This document shows positions 37,356-47,296 of a stretch of 64,000 nucleotides of DNA, one piece after another. The DNA comes from Bacteroidota bacterium. GTDB taxonomy: Bacteria > Bacteroidota > Bacteroidia > NS11-12g > UBA9320. Within the stretch, counting starts at the first letter, position 1; every line of letters begins with the position of its first letter. The stretch lies in the NCBI GenBank assembly GCA_018700895.1, contig JABIUV010000025.1:56075-120074 (forward strand), written 5' to 3'. A model generated the notes under the pieces. It made no database searches. It was not told where the DNA came from and was given only the letters and a program-made list of their open reading frames with translations. The position numbers and the translations under genes are program-made.

Positions 37356-39953
37356 ATGAAATTGAAAAATACTTTTGCTTTTAAGCTTATTTGTGCTGTT
37401 TTTATACTTTCATTATTAGCTGGCTGTAAGTCGCTTACCATGAAAAAAGCAGCAGAAGCAATGAACAATAAACGCTATGCTGAATCTGCTGATATGTATG
37501 CACAATTGGCCAGTAGCACGGACATACCAAAAGACCAACGCCAAACGGCGGCTTTCAGAAGTGCTGAAAGTTACCAATATAATCACCAGCCTAAGCAAGC
37601 ACTAAAGATGTACGCTAAAGCACAGAGCTATGGTGCTAAAGATCCTGAAATTCTTTACAGACTGGCACAAACCAACAAACAACTTGGCAATTATGAAGAG
37701 GCTATACGCTACTTCAAACTTTACCAAAAAGAAGAACCCGGAGATGACCGCATAGAGTTGATGATAGAAGGTTGTGAAAACGCTTTGGTATGGAAAGAAG
37801 AAAAATCACGATATACCGTAGAGTCATTCAAACCTGCTAACGACAAAAAAGCAGATGATTTCTCGCCGGTTTGGGCCGATAGAAAAAATAAGTCGATCAT
37901 GTTTACTTCGGACCGTTCGGAGGGCAATGTTTCCAAAGGTAAATACGACAGAACACTTAGAGGTTTTACAGACGTGTGGCAAGTGAAACAAGCAGGTTCT
38001 AGAGGTCAAGTAAAGTGGGGTAAGCCAGAGTTAGTAGAAGGTCTTAACACCAAGTACAACGACGGTACCGTAACATTTAATTCACGTAAATCTAAAATGT
38101 ATGTTACTCAGTGTAACGGAGTAAATGGTAAAGAGCCAAAATGTAAGATATACGAGGCACGAAAAGCAGGAAAAGGATGGCAAATGAACCCTGATCCATT
38201 GAATTTTTGTGCTGGCGAAGGAAACAATAGATGGAATTATGGTCACCCAGTACTCGCAGACAAGGACAAAACAATGTACTTTGCTTCTGATAGACCAGGT
38301 GGATATGGAGATACGGGAGTATTAGAAAAAACCAAGGATATATGGATGGTAACCTTCGTGCGTAGAGGTCGAACGTGGAGCGAACCAGTTAACCTTGGCC
38401 CTGCCATTAACACTACGGGTAATGAGATGTTCCCTTATGTGCATACAGACGGAGCACTATATTTCTCTTCAGACGGACATCCAGGGCTTGGAGCTTTAGA
38501 CATTTTTGAAAGTAGAAAAGATGGTGAAGGACCCATGGATTGGTCTGACCCAAGCAATATGAAAAGTCCTGTAAACTCTGGCGGCGATGATTTCGGCATC
38601 ATAATGGATGCAACTAAAGAGCACGGTTTTTTCACTTCCAATAGAACCAAAAATCAAGATGATATTTTTGAGTTTACGATGGAGCCTATCGAATGTAAAC
38701 TCAAAGGGCAAGTAACCGATTGCGATAGCGGAACGGCTATTTCTCAAGCTCTTGTACTTATTAGTAACAATGTAGACTCAACCAAAATCAGACTACGCAC
38801 AGATGAAAGAGGTTACTATGAAACAGATTTAGGAATAAACAGAGAGTACACTATTGAAGTGTCAAAACGAAGTGCATACTACTATGATGCTAAGCCACAG
38901 TATGTAAGCACAATGAATGTAGAGAATTCATTGGAGTGTCAGCACGTGAAAGATTTCTGTATGAAGAATACGTGTAATGACGTGTTTGTATTGCCTATTT
39001 ACTATGATGTCGCCAAGTGGGATATCAGAGAAGATGCGGAGCCTATTTTAGATGATTTGATAAAAACACTACAAAAATACCCACGTATGGCCGTAGAGTT
39101 GGGTTCGCATACAGATTGTAGAGCATCATATGAGTACAACAGAGACCTATCGCAAAAACGTGCGGACGAAGCCATTAAGTACTTAGTAGAGAAAGGTAAA
39201 ATAAATCCATTTAGACTAGAGGCGAGAGGTTATGGTGAGAGCCAGTTAGTAACCGATTGTCCTTGTGAAGGTCCTGTAAAAAGTTCTTGTTCAGAAGATG
39301 AACATCAACAAAACAGAAGAACAACAATCAAGGTTGTGAACTGTAATTTTGACGTATTGAACATCGGTGTAGATTATACTCAACGTAACGATGAGGCACT
39401 TAACGGACGTGGCTCAGTGTACAGCCCTTATCTTTTAACACAACAACGTGATTTCCTTATCAAAACCAAAGGTGACATAGACAGCTTTATGAATGCCCGA
39501 GCACTTGAGGATAGCCTTTTACTTGTGAAAAAAGCTGAGAATGAATTGATGGCCAAGTATGACTTCATACCATTGAGTAAAGGAAGAGGCGATAGCTACA
39601 GCTTATATGGGTACATTGGTCGTAAAAAAGTGAAATTCGCGTACAATGGAGAGGAGAGAAGAACCCTTGTACCGCAGTCGTTAGTGGAGCAATTGATTAA
39701 GTCTGGTGCTATCAAGGCAAGTGATTTCAGAGATCAAGGTGAGAAAATAAAACTCGCAGACGGAACGAAATTATTCGGCACATCGTTTAACCTACCTGAG
39801 TTAAAGATAAATGACAAGGTATACAAAAAAGTGAAGTGTAAGATGGTACAAAGCAAAACAGCAGTACTAGGATACAACATATTTGACCGTGAATATGTAG
39901 ACTTCGAAATAAAAGAGGACAAAATCTGGCTCTTGAAAGATACCGAAGAATAA
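37356..39953 (+). CDS. PorE-like T9SS-associated lipoprotein (TPR, TolB-like beta-propeller, CRD and OmpA_C domains) with extra 200-aa C-terminal extension
   Basis: Lipobox LLAGC. TPR-like N-terminal region. TolB/WD40-like repeats (SPVWADRKNKSIMFTSDR, HPVLADKDKTMYFASDRPGG, FPYVHTDGALYFSSDGHPG). Carboxypeptidase-regulatory-like CKLKGQVTDCDSGTAI. OmpA_C signature (YYDVAKWDIRED...LGSHTDCRASYEYNRDLSQKRADEAIKYLVEKG). An unassigned region from about residue 660 to 865 follows. Confidence 0.55.
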   Translation: MKLKNTFAFKLICAVFILSLLAGCKSLTMKKAAEAMNNKRYAESADMYAQLASSTDIPKDQRQTAAFRSAESYQYNHQPKQALKMYAKAQSYGAKDPEILYRLAQTNKQLGNYEEAIRYFKLYQKEEPGDDRIELMIEGCENALVWKEEKSRYTVESFKPANDKKADDFSPVWADRKNKSIMFTSDRSEGNVSKGKYDRTLRGFTDVWQVKQAGSRGQVKWGKPELVEGLNTKYNDGTVTFNSRKSKMYVTQCNGVNGKEPKCKIYEARKAGKGWQMNPDPLNFCAGEGNNRWNYGHPVLADKDKTMYFASDRPGGYGDTGVLEKTKDIWMVTFVRRGRTWSEPVNLGPAINTTGNEMFPYVHTDGALYFSSDGHPGLGALDIFESRKDGEGPMDWSDPSNMKSPVNSGGDDFGIIMDATKEHGFFTSNRTKNQDDIFEFTMEPIECKLKGQVTDCDSGTAISQALVLISNNVDSTKIRLRTDERGYYETDLGINREYTIEVSKRSAYYYDAKPQYVSTMNVENSLECQHVKDFCMKNTCNDVFVLPIYYDVAKWDIREDAEPILDDLIKTLQKYPRMAVELGSHTDCRASYEYNRDLSQKRADEAIKYLVEKGKINPFRLEARGYGESQLVTDCPCEGPVKSSCSEDEHQQNRRTTIKVVNCNFDVLNIGVDYTQRNDEALNGRGSVYSPYLLTQQRDFLIKTKGDIDSFMNARALEDSLLLVKKAENELMAKYDFIPLSKGRGDSYSLYGYIGRKKVKFAYNGEERRTLVPQSLVEQLIKSGAIKASDFRDQGEKIKLADGTKLFGTSFNLPELKINDKVYKKVKCKMVQSKTAVLGYNIFDREYVDFEIKEDKIWLLKDTEE

Positions 39954-39963
39954 GAAATTACCT

Positions 39964-41121
39964 GTGAGTAGATATGAGAAGAGAGGCGTTTCCTCTCAAA
40001 AGGAAGACGTACATAAGGCTATAACCAATGTAGACAAAGGTATTTTTCCAAACGCTTTTTGTAAAATAGTAGAAGACTATATAGGCGATGACGATGCTTA
40101 CTGTAACATCGTTCATGCGGATGGTGCAGGCACTAAGTCTTCATTAGCATACTTGTATTGGAAGGAAACTGGAGACATTAGCGTATGGCGAGGTATTGCC
40201 CAAGATGCGTTGGTGATGAACCTAGATGACATCATCTGTACAGGTGCAACTGGTCCTTTTCTCTTATCCAATACCATTGGTAGAAACAAACATCTTATTC
40301 CTGGTATAGTTATAAAGGAAATTATAGATGGTTTTGAGGAGTGCATTGATACGATGGAGTCCTTTGGGACTAAGATAAAATTTACTGGAGGTGAAACCGC
40401 AGATGTAGGAGACCTCGTAAAAACCATCATAGTAGACAGTACAGTAGCGTGCCGACCTAAACGAGACGAAATATTAGAGGTTGATATTCAGCCTACCGAT
40501 GTCATCGTAGGATTCTCATCTTATGGGCAAGCTACTTATGAGAAGGAATACAATGCAGGGATGGGTTCTAACGGACTTACTAGCGGAAGGCACGATTTGC
40601 TTTTTCATGAATACTATAGCAAATACCCAGAATCCTTTGACACCAATACGGACGAAGAATACATCTATAGTGGTAACTTTTCACTAACCAACTCCTTAGA
40701 GGGTACACCCGTAGATATTGGAAAGGCATTACTTTCACCTACACGCACGTATGCTCCTATTTTGAATGACGTAGTAGCTAATCCTCAGTTAAAATCTGCC
40801 ATTCACGGCATCATACATTGTACAGGTGGTGCACAAACTAAGGTGATGAAGTTTTTAGACAAACCACTCCATATCATCAAGGATAACTTATTACCTATTC
40901 CTGCATTGTTTGATACGATACAAAAAACAACGGGAACGGAAATGAAAGAGATGTTTGAGGTCTTTAATATGGGCCATCGTTTAGAAATGTATTGTGATCA
41001 AGAAGTAGCACAAGAACTCATTGATATAGCAGCTAGTTATAACGTAGAAGCAAAGATTATTGGTAGATGTGAGCCTAGTTCTACCAAAAAATTGACCATA
41101 AACGGTATCGAATATCAATAA
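39964..41121 (+). CDS. purM: phosphoribosylformylglycinamidine cyclo-ligase (AIR synthetase)
   Basis: Bacteroidota-type long PurM (RGVSSQKEDVHKAITNVDKGIFPNAFCKIV ... HADGAGTKSSLAY). GTG start. Confidence 0.8.
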   Translation: MSRYEKRGVSSQKEDVHKAITNVDKGIFPNAFCKIVEDYIGDDDAYCNIVHADGAGTKSSLAYLYWKETGDISVWRGIAQDALVMNLDDIICTGATGPFLLSNTIGRNKHLIPGIVIKEIIDGFEECIDTMESFGTKIKFTGGETADVGDLVKTIIVDSTVACRPKRDEILEVDIQPTDVIVGFSSYGQATYEKEYNAGMGSNGLTSGRHDLLFHEYYSKYPESFDTNTDEEYIYSGNFSLTNSLEGTPVDIGKALLSPTRTYAPILNDVVANPQLKSAIHGIIHCTGGAQTKVMKFLDKPLHIIKDNLLPIPALFDTIQKTTGTEMKEMFEVFNMGHRLEMYCDQEVAQELIDIAASYNVEAKIIGRCEPSSTKKLTINGIEYQ

Positions 41122-41230
41122 CCGATCCTAAAATTTTAATAATCTGACCTCTAGATTGCAGATTTTACACAAGACTCTCTCTGATTTCAAAATATTAGTA
41201 TACTTTTGGGGTTCAATAAACTTATATAGA

Positions 41231-42055
41231 ATGAAAAAAATATTTTTACTAAGCGTAATCGCTTCTATGTTTCTTTTCGGTTGTGGTCCGGATGATACAA
41301 CTACAACTCCTAAAGAAGAAACAGACAAACTAGCTGTAGCTTCTGTTTTGAAAGAGAACAAATCAATGGTTGTTAAATTCAGTGGTACTAATTGCCCTCC
41401 TTGTGGTACTTGGGGATGGCAAATGGCATCATCTCTTAAGGATGGCGTTGAAGGATTCGGAACTTTTATGACTGTTTACGGTCAAAACTTCGTTGCTGAA
41501 AATTACATTACTGGCGAATCAACAACATTGCAAAATGCTTGGGGTGCTACTGGTTACCCGCACTTCGGTGCAAACGGCAGTGTAACATCAATCGATAGAT
41601 CTGCAGGTGTAAACGTTGCTGCTGAGGAACAAGAAATATACGACAGAGTAAATGCACACGCGGCAGCTGATGTAGTTGCTAATACTACTCTAAATTACGA
41701 GATAGTAGATGGCAAAATCAACATGAAATATGCTGTAGCTCAGTGGGCAGATCTTACCGCTCCATATTTAGCTATATACGTAATAGAAGATAAAGTAGAA
41801 GGATACCAAGCTGGTCACTCAGAAGGAAACGGTGCACTACACAAAAATGTACTTAGAAAAGAACTTACTGCGGGTGAAGGATATGGATCTGCTGTAGAAG
41901 GTCTTGCTGTAGGTACTAATGTTACTGGTGAAATTTCTATCGATGTAGATAGTGAATGGGATGCTAGTAAAATATCTATCGTACCTGTAATGTACAGCAA
42001 AGTAGTTGGTGGATACAGTTTTGTTAACGCTTCTATCGGAAACAAAGTAGACTAA
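41231..42055 (+). CDS. abundant-type lipoprotein with thioredoxin-like CPPC motif, function unknown
   Basis: Lipobox MFLFGC at ATG 41231 (the ORF track extends to 41156). The motif is KFSGTNCPPCGTWGW. Ala/Gly/Val-rich. Codon usage strongly biased to ggt/gct/gtt/act-type codons, unlike the neighbouring genes. Confidence 0.5.
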   Translation: MKKIFLLSVIASMFLFGCGPDDTTTTPKEETDKLAVASVLKENKSMVVKFSGTNCPPCGTWGWQMASSLKDGVEGFGTFMTVYGQNFVAENYITGESTTLQNAWGATGYPHFGANGSVTSIDRSAGVNVAAEEQEIYDRVNAHAAADVVANTTLNYEIVDGKINMKYAVAQWADLTAPYLAIYVIEDKVEGYQAGHSEGNGALHKNVLRKELTAGEGYGSAVEGLAVGTNVTGEISIDVDSEWDASKISIVPVMYSKVVGGYSFVNASIGNKVD

Positions 42056-42079
42056 TTTAAGTCGCTTTAAAATATTTGA

Positions 42080-42111
42080 AGCTCTGATGTTAATTCATCA
42101 GAGCTTTTTTT
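42080..42111 (+). terminator. intrinsic terminator after the CPPC lipoprotein gene
   Basis: 10-bp perfect stem agctctgatg / catcagagct, loop ttaatt, then T7. Confidence 0.65.
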
Positions 42112-42142
42112 GTGCAAAAAATTCGTGCCTATCTTTGTCCTC

Positions 42143-43174
42143 TTGAAAAACATTCGCTCACTTACTAAACAAGAACTCCTAGCCCTATGCGAAAGTCTAG
42201 GTGAAAAGAAGTTCAGAGCCAATCAACTGTGGGAGTGGTTGTGGCAAAAAAGTGCTCGATCTTTTGACGAAATGACCAATTTGTCCAAAGACTTCAGAGC
42301 AAAATTAGCAGCAGAATTTTCCTTCCCCGTAATGACCATCGCCAATTCGCAACGCAGTAGCGATGGCACTATTAAGTATGCTTTCCGGTTGAATGACGAC
42401 CACCTAGTAGAAGGTGTACTCATACCTACGAGCGATAGAGTTACGGCGTGTATATCATCCCAAGTGGGGTGCAGCTTGAGTTGTACGTTTTGTGCTACAG
42501 GATTTATGAAACGCGAACGTAACCTCAGAACTGATGAAATGTATGATCAGGTAGCCATACTACGTGAAGAAGCTCAAAAAGAATATGGTATAAACCTCAC
42601 CAATATTGTCCTAATGGGAATGGGTGAACCCCTTCTGAACTATGCCAACGTGATGAGTGGTATACATCATATTACCTCTCCAGATGGACTAGGAATGAGT
42701 CCACAACGTATCACACTGAGCACTGCGGGAATAGCCAAAATGATTAAAAAATTAGGAGATGATGATGCACGTTTTAATTTGGCCCTATCACTCCACTCTG
42801 CCAATAATGAGCAGCGAGCTAAGATTATGCCTATAACGGAGAGTAACTCATTAGATGACCTTGTAGAAGCTCTCAATTATTTCCACGATAAAACAGGGAC
42901 TCGCGTCACACTCGAGTATTGTGTGATAAACGATATAAATGACGACCCGCTAGAGGCTGAAGAATTGGTCGCCTTTTGTAACAGAATCACGTGTAAGGTA
43001 AACCTGATCGAATATAATCCTATCGACTTAGCTGAATTCAGGTCTAGTTCTACAGAAAAGATAGAACGCTTTGCCGCTTACCTAGAGCGTAAGAAGGTGA
43101 TAGTCAATATTCGCCGAAGTAGGGGAAAGGATATAGATGCAGCGTGTGGTCAGTTGGCCAACAAACTAGCCTAA
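42143..43174 (+). CDS. rlmN: 23S rRNA (adenine2503-C2)/tRNA methyltransferase, radical SAM
   Basis: LKNIRSLTKQELLALCESLGEKKFRANQLWEWLW N-terminus. CxxxCxxC (CSLSCTFCATG). 343 aa from TTG 42143. The ORF-track start at 42110 would overlap the upstream terminator. Confidence 0.8.
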   Translation: MKNIRSLTKQELLALCESLGEKKFRANQLWEWLWQKSARSFDEMTNLSKDFRAKLAAEFSFPVMTIANSQRSSDGTIKYAFRLNDDHLVEGVLIPTSDRVTACISSQVGCSLSCTFCATGFMKRERNLRTDEMYDQVAILREEAQKEYGINLTNIVLMGMGEPLLNYANVMSGIHHITSPDGLGMSPQRITLSTAGIAKMIKKLGDDDARFNLALSLHSANNEQRAKIMPITESNSLDDLVEALNYFHDKTGTRVTLEYCVINDINDDPLEAEELVAFCNRITCKVNLIEYNPIDLAEFRSSSTEKIERFAAYLERKKVIVNIRRSRGKDIDAACGQLANKLA

Positions 43175-43561
43175 CAGCTTATCTCTTTCTTGAGGTGTAG
43201 GAATTCTGCACGTATCTCGCTTTCCAAACCATTTGTACCTATTGCGTGCTACAAGTCTGTATACAGTATCTCGTATATTCATAGGCACAATACTGAGAAA
43301 ATTTAACCAGCTATATGGCCGTTTTAAGAACCTAGCAATACAAAGCACCGCCGTAGATTCTACCAGCAACTTCCCATCGTTGTACAACAATATACTATCC
43401 GGTATTACTTCAACTCCACTTTTCTCTAAGATAGCCTTCCCCACATCGGATTGTAAAGAAGCAAACGTGAGTTTGTCTCCTTTTTCGTGGCGTATGATGA
43501 AGTCTATGCTAGCATTACACAGCGAACACACACCATCAAAAAGTACTACATTATTATACAT
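43166..43561 (-). CDS. thiol-disulfide oxidoreductase DCC (DUF393) family protein
   Basis: VVLFDGVCSLCN motif. 131 aa. Confidence 0.7.
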   Translation of the reverse strand: MYNNVVLFDGVCSLCNASIDFIIRHEKGDKLTFASLQSDVGKAILEKSGVEVIPDSILLYNDGKLLVESTAVLCIARFLKRPYSWLNFLSIVPMNIRDTVYRLVARNRYKWFGKRDTCRIPTPQERDKLLG

Positions 43562-43671
43562 TCTTTCACATACTCAACAACTGAAACAGATTCCTTGTTT
43601 ATCGAATATTACAAACAAATTTATACCTCTGCTTCTTAATTGCTTGATAACAGAATAAATACCTTTGCACC

Positions 43672-45522
43672 ATGGCCAGAATATCTATCGATTTGAACTC
43701 AGGAACTATCACCAAGCCCCAAGCTGTGATAGGTATAGACTTAGGAACTACCAATAGTCTGATTGCGAGTATAAATGAGTCTGATCGATTACCGTACTGT
43801 ATCACCCAGGATGAGGCCAGTATAGTGCCAAGTGCATTATACTTCGACAACCAAGATATAATTGTAGGTCACGCAGCCATTGCCCAAATGGTAAACCAAC
43901 CTGAGAATACTATTTACTCCGTAAAGCGGTTGATGGGTAAAAGTTATGACGACCTTCAAAATTTGAATCATAACCTTAACTATACCATCGTAGACACTGA
44001 AGATCAACTCGTAAAAGTACAAATAGGTGGGAAACAATATTCTCCTATTGAGCTTTCTGCTCATATTTTGCGTAAGCTAAAAACCGTAGCAGAGGACAAA
44101 CTTGACAACTCTGTAAAAAAGGTCGTAATTACTGTACCAGCCTATTTCAATGACTCACAGCGGCAGGCAACACGAGATGCTGGTAAACTTGCGGGAATGG
44201 ACGTACTGCGTATTATCAATGAGCCCACAGCTGCAAGTTTGGCTTACGGAATTGGGCTAAAAGGAGAAGAAGGTAAAACTGTTGCGGTATATGACCTGGG
44301 CGGTGGAACTTTTGATATATCAATTCTCTATATCCAAAATGGCATTTTCGAAGTGCTGGCTACCAATGGAGATACCTACTTAGGTGGAGATGACTTTGAT
44401 AAAGCAATAATGGCTCTTTGGATTGAGGAACATAGTCTTGATAACTTAAGTTCAAGTGAAAACCAATTACTTAGGCTTACTGCGGAAGAAGGAAAAAAAC
44501 ACCTATCTCATCACGATAATTACACTAAAACAATAGCCTTAAATGGTGTAGAGGTAAACTTATCACTCAATGTGGAGCAACTAAATGACGCCATTAAGCC
44601 ACTTATAGATAAAACCATAGTGAGCTGTAAAAGTGCCATATCAGATGCAGAAATAGAGGTGAATGCTATACAAGAAGTAATCCTAGTGGGTGGAAGTACA
44701 CGCACATCTCTAGTCAAGAATAGCGTAGCTACATATTTCAGCCAAGCTCACATAAACGATGAACTCAATCCAGACGAGGTGGTTGCTATGGGAGCAGCTA
44801 TAGAAGCAGATATATTGGCTGGCAATAGAAAAGATATGCTACTGCTGGATGTAACACCTTTATCGCTCGGCATTGAGACTTTGGGGGGACTTATGGATGT
44901 ATTGATACCACGCAACAATAAAATCCCTACAAAGCTCCAAAAAGAATACACTACAAGCGTAGATGGTCAAGTGAATTTGGCGGTTAATGTATATCAAGGA
45001 GAGCGGGAGATGGTAGCGGATAATCGTAAGCTCGGGGAGTTTGTGCTTAGCGGAATTCCGGCCATGCCGGCTGGACTGCCTAAAGTGGAGATGACCTTTA
45101 TGCTCAATGCTGATGGTATTCTGCAGGTAAGTGCCGAGGAAAAACGCAGCGGTGTAAAGCAAGAAGTGCAAATGAAACCGCAATATGGACTGAGCGATAT
45201 GCAGATAAAACAAATGCTAGAAGCAAGCATTGTAAATGCCCAAGAGGATATGGACCGACGTGGTATTGCGGAGGCGACTACCGAAGGTGAACAGCTTATC
45301 TATGCAACCCATAAATTTGTGAAAGAGAACGAGGATTTATTGAATGATGAAAATAAATTGGTCATAAACCAGCTTATTGAAAAAATAAAAGATGCGATAA
45401 GTGTTAAAAACAAAGATTCCATCGTTTCAACTACAGAAGATCTTAATAGTTACAGTCGTCAGTTTGCCGAAAAAGTAATGGACAAGCAGATAAGCAAAGC
45501 TCTTCAGGGTAAAAAGATATAA
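43672..45522 (+). CDS. Hsp70-family chaperone paralog (HscA/HscC-like, not DnaK)
   Basis: IGIDLGTTNS, DLGGGTFD and VILVGGSTR actin-like ATPase motifs. 616 aa. No adjacent dnaJ or grpE. Confidence 0.8.
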   Translation: MARISIDLNSGTITKPQAVIGIDLGTTNSLIASINESDRLPYCITQDEASIVPSALYFDNQDIIVGHAAIAQMVNQPENTIYSVKRLMGKSYDDLQNLNHNLNYTIVDTEDQLVKVQIGGKQYSPIELSAHILRKLKTVAEDKLDNSVKKVVITVPAYFNDSQRQATRDAGKLAGMDVLRIINEPTAASLAYGIGLKGEEGKTVAVYDLGGGTFDISILYIQNGIFEVLATNGDTYLGGDDFDKAIMALWIEEHSLDNLSSSENQLLRLTAEEGKKHLSHHDNYTKTIALNGVEVNLSLNVEQLNDAIKPLIDKTIVSCKSAISDAEIEVNAIQEVILVGGSTRTSLVKNSVATYFSQAHINDELNPDEVVAMGAAIEADILAGNRKDMLLLDVTPLSLGIETLGGLMDVLIPRNNKIPTKLQKEYTTSVDGQVNLAVNVYQGEREMVADNRKLGEFVLSGIPAMPAGLPKVEMTFMLNADGILQVSAEEKRSGVKQEVQMKPQYGLSDMQIKQMLEASIVNAQEDMDRRGIAEATTEGEQLIYATHKFVKENEDLLNDENKLVINQLIEKIKDAISVKNKDSIVSTTEDLNSYSRQFAEKVMDKQISKALQGKKI

Positions 45523-46127
45523 TGAGAAAGATACTAGTCATATTAACCATAGTTATGAGTTGTGCGTGTTACGCTCAATCGAGTAAGGGAAATAAGCTAG
45601 GAATTAAGACGAGTATTAACCTGTCTACACTTTTGGGTGACGAATTTCAGAATCCAAGGCCGAAATATGGCTATACAGCCGGGGCTTTTTACCAAATCAA
45701 CCCTCAAAAAAAATGGAGCATGTACACCGAGTTGGTAGGCAGTTTTAGAGGTTCTAGATTTAGCAACGGCGATACAGGTTACTCTAAGGTGGCTCTTTTT
45801 TATATGGACGTAGCCGCTATGCCAAGTTATAAGATAGATGAAAAAAAGAAAGTGTCCTTAGGGCCATATCTTTCTTACCTCGCTTTGTCGTCTATGTTTA
45901 AAGGTGCCCAACAAAAAGCATTTTTAAATGATATTGGTGTGCGGCCAATAGACTTAGGGTTAGCTGCTTACTACTCTACACAAGGGCCCATCGTTGGTTT
46001 TCAAGTAGGTGCTAAACTTGGACTATTAGATGCTAATAATGGCGTGAACTTTACCGATGTATTACCACCTACGGGCACAGGTGGATTCATACGTAATTTG
46101 AGTCTCGAAATTGGGATGCTTTTTTAA
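45522..46127 (+). CDS. small outer-membrane beta-barrel (porin-fold) protein, hypothetical
   Basis: Signal peptide MRKILVILTIVMSCACYAQ. 201 aa with alternating beta pattern, C-terminal LEIGMLF. Confidence 0.5.
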   Translation: MRKILVILTIVMSCACYAQSSKGNKLGIKTSINLSTLLGDEFQNPRPKYGYTAGAFYQINPQKKWSMYTELVGSFRGSRFSNGDTGYSKVALFYMDVAAMPSYKIDEKKKVSLGPYLSYLALSSMFKGAQQKAFLNDIGVRPIDLGLAAYYSTQGPIVGFQVGAKLGLLDANNGVNFTDVLPPTGTGGFIRNLSLEIGMLF

Positions 46128-46138
46128 AACACTTCAAT

Positions 46139-47035
46139 ATGATAAAAAATCTATCGCTTTTACTTATCACCTGCTTTAGCGTATACCTTCTCTTTACTGC
46201 TCAAAAAGCATCCGAAAACGAAGAGCAACAAGCAACTATGGAAAAAGGACAACAGATTTATCCTGTTCCTATTCCTAATGAAATGACTTTTGGCGGTGAG
46301 CTAGTTCCTCTCAATAAATATGGCGTTAAGGAACGTCTTGACCGCGAACTATTAGCTAATACCTACTGGCAAAGTAATATGGTATTACTCTTGAAACGGA
46401 GTAAGCGAGCATTTGCTGTGATAGAACCCATACTTGCTGAGAATGGATTGCCTGACGACTTGAAGTATCTAGCGGTAGCTGAAAGTGGTCTGGTAAACGC
46501 TACTTCTGCAGTGGGAGCAAAAGGAGTGTGGCAGTTTATGCCACGTACGGCAAAATCCTATGGACTAAGAGTAAATGACCAAGCAGATGAAAGGTTGAAT
46601 TTAGAAAAGAGCACACGTGCTGCCTGTCAATACCTCAAGGAGGCCTACGACCACTTTGGCAATTGGTCATTAGCCGCAGCATCGTACAACCAAGGAAGAG
46701 CAGCCACCAATAGGGATATGGCCAAGCAGAAAGTGACTGACTACTATGACTTGCATCTCAACACCGAAACTTCGCGTTATATGCTTCGTATATTGGCCCT
46801 AAAGCAGATTATGTCAAACCCTAACCTATATGGTTTTCATATAGCTGATAAAGATTACTACGCATCACCTGCATTTAAAACCATAGAAGTAACCGAAAGT
46901 ATTGCTAATCTGTCCGAATATGCTCAAGCTATTGGGACTAACTATCACATCCTTAAATCTATGAACCCATGGATAAAGGGAAATGAACTCCTAGTTACAG
47001 CAGGATCATATAAACTAAAAGCCCCACTGCAGTAG
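46139..47035 (+). CDS. lytic transglycosylase (SLT domain) protein
   Basis: LAVAESGLVNATSAVGAKGVWQFMPRTAKSYGL SLT catalytic motif. TM/signal anchor at the N-terminus. Confidence 0.7.
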   Translation: MIKNLSLLLITCFSVYLLFTAQKASENEEQQATMEKGQQIYPVPIPNEMTFGGELVPLNKYGVKERLDRELLANTYWQSNMVLLLKRSKRAFAVIEPILAENGLPDDLKYLAVAESGLVNATSAVGAKGVWQFMPRTAKSYGLRVNDQADERLNLEKSTRAACQYLKEAYDHFGNWSLAAASYNQGRAATNRDMAKQKVTDYYDLHLNTETSRYMLRILALKQIMSNPNLYGFHIADKDYYASPAFKTIEVTESIANLSEYAQAIGTNYHILKSMNPWIKGNELLVTAGSYKLKAPLQ

Positions 47036-47074
47036 CAATGAGGCTTTGTGAAATCCTGATTTATTAATAAATTG

Positions 47075-47296
47075 TTATAGCTCGTCTTGGTTAAAAAAGT
47101 AATCATCCGTGGATGGATACTCGGACCAAATTTCTTCAATAGTTTCGAAAGGCTCGCCATCATCTTCTAATTCCTGAAGATTTTCTACGACCTCTAGCGG
47201 GGCTCCTGTACGTATGGCAAAATCAATTAGCTCATCCTTGGTAGCCGGCCATGGTGCGTCATCTAAGTAAGATGCAAGTTCTAAAGTCCAATACAT
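47075..47296 (-). CDS. small acidic protein, DUF2795-like
   Basis: 73 aa, MYWTLELASYLDDAPWPATKDELIDFAIRTGAPLEVVENLQELEDDGE. A conserved small-protein family in Bacteroidota. Confidence 0.45.
   Translation of the reverse strand: MYWTLELASYLDDAPWPATKDELIDFAIRTGAPLEVVENLQELEDDGEPFETIEEIWSEYPSTDDYFFNQDEL

Noticed and set aside
42110-42142. ORF-track GTG start of rlmN
   Set aside because: It would place the start codon inside the T-tract of the upstream intrinsic terminator. RlmN homology begins at the TTG at 42143.
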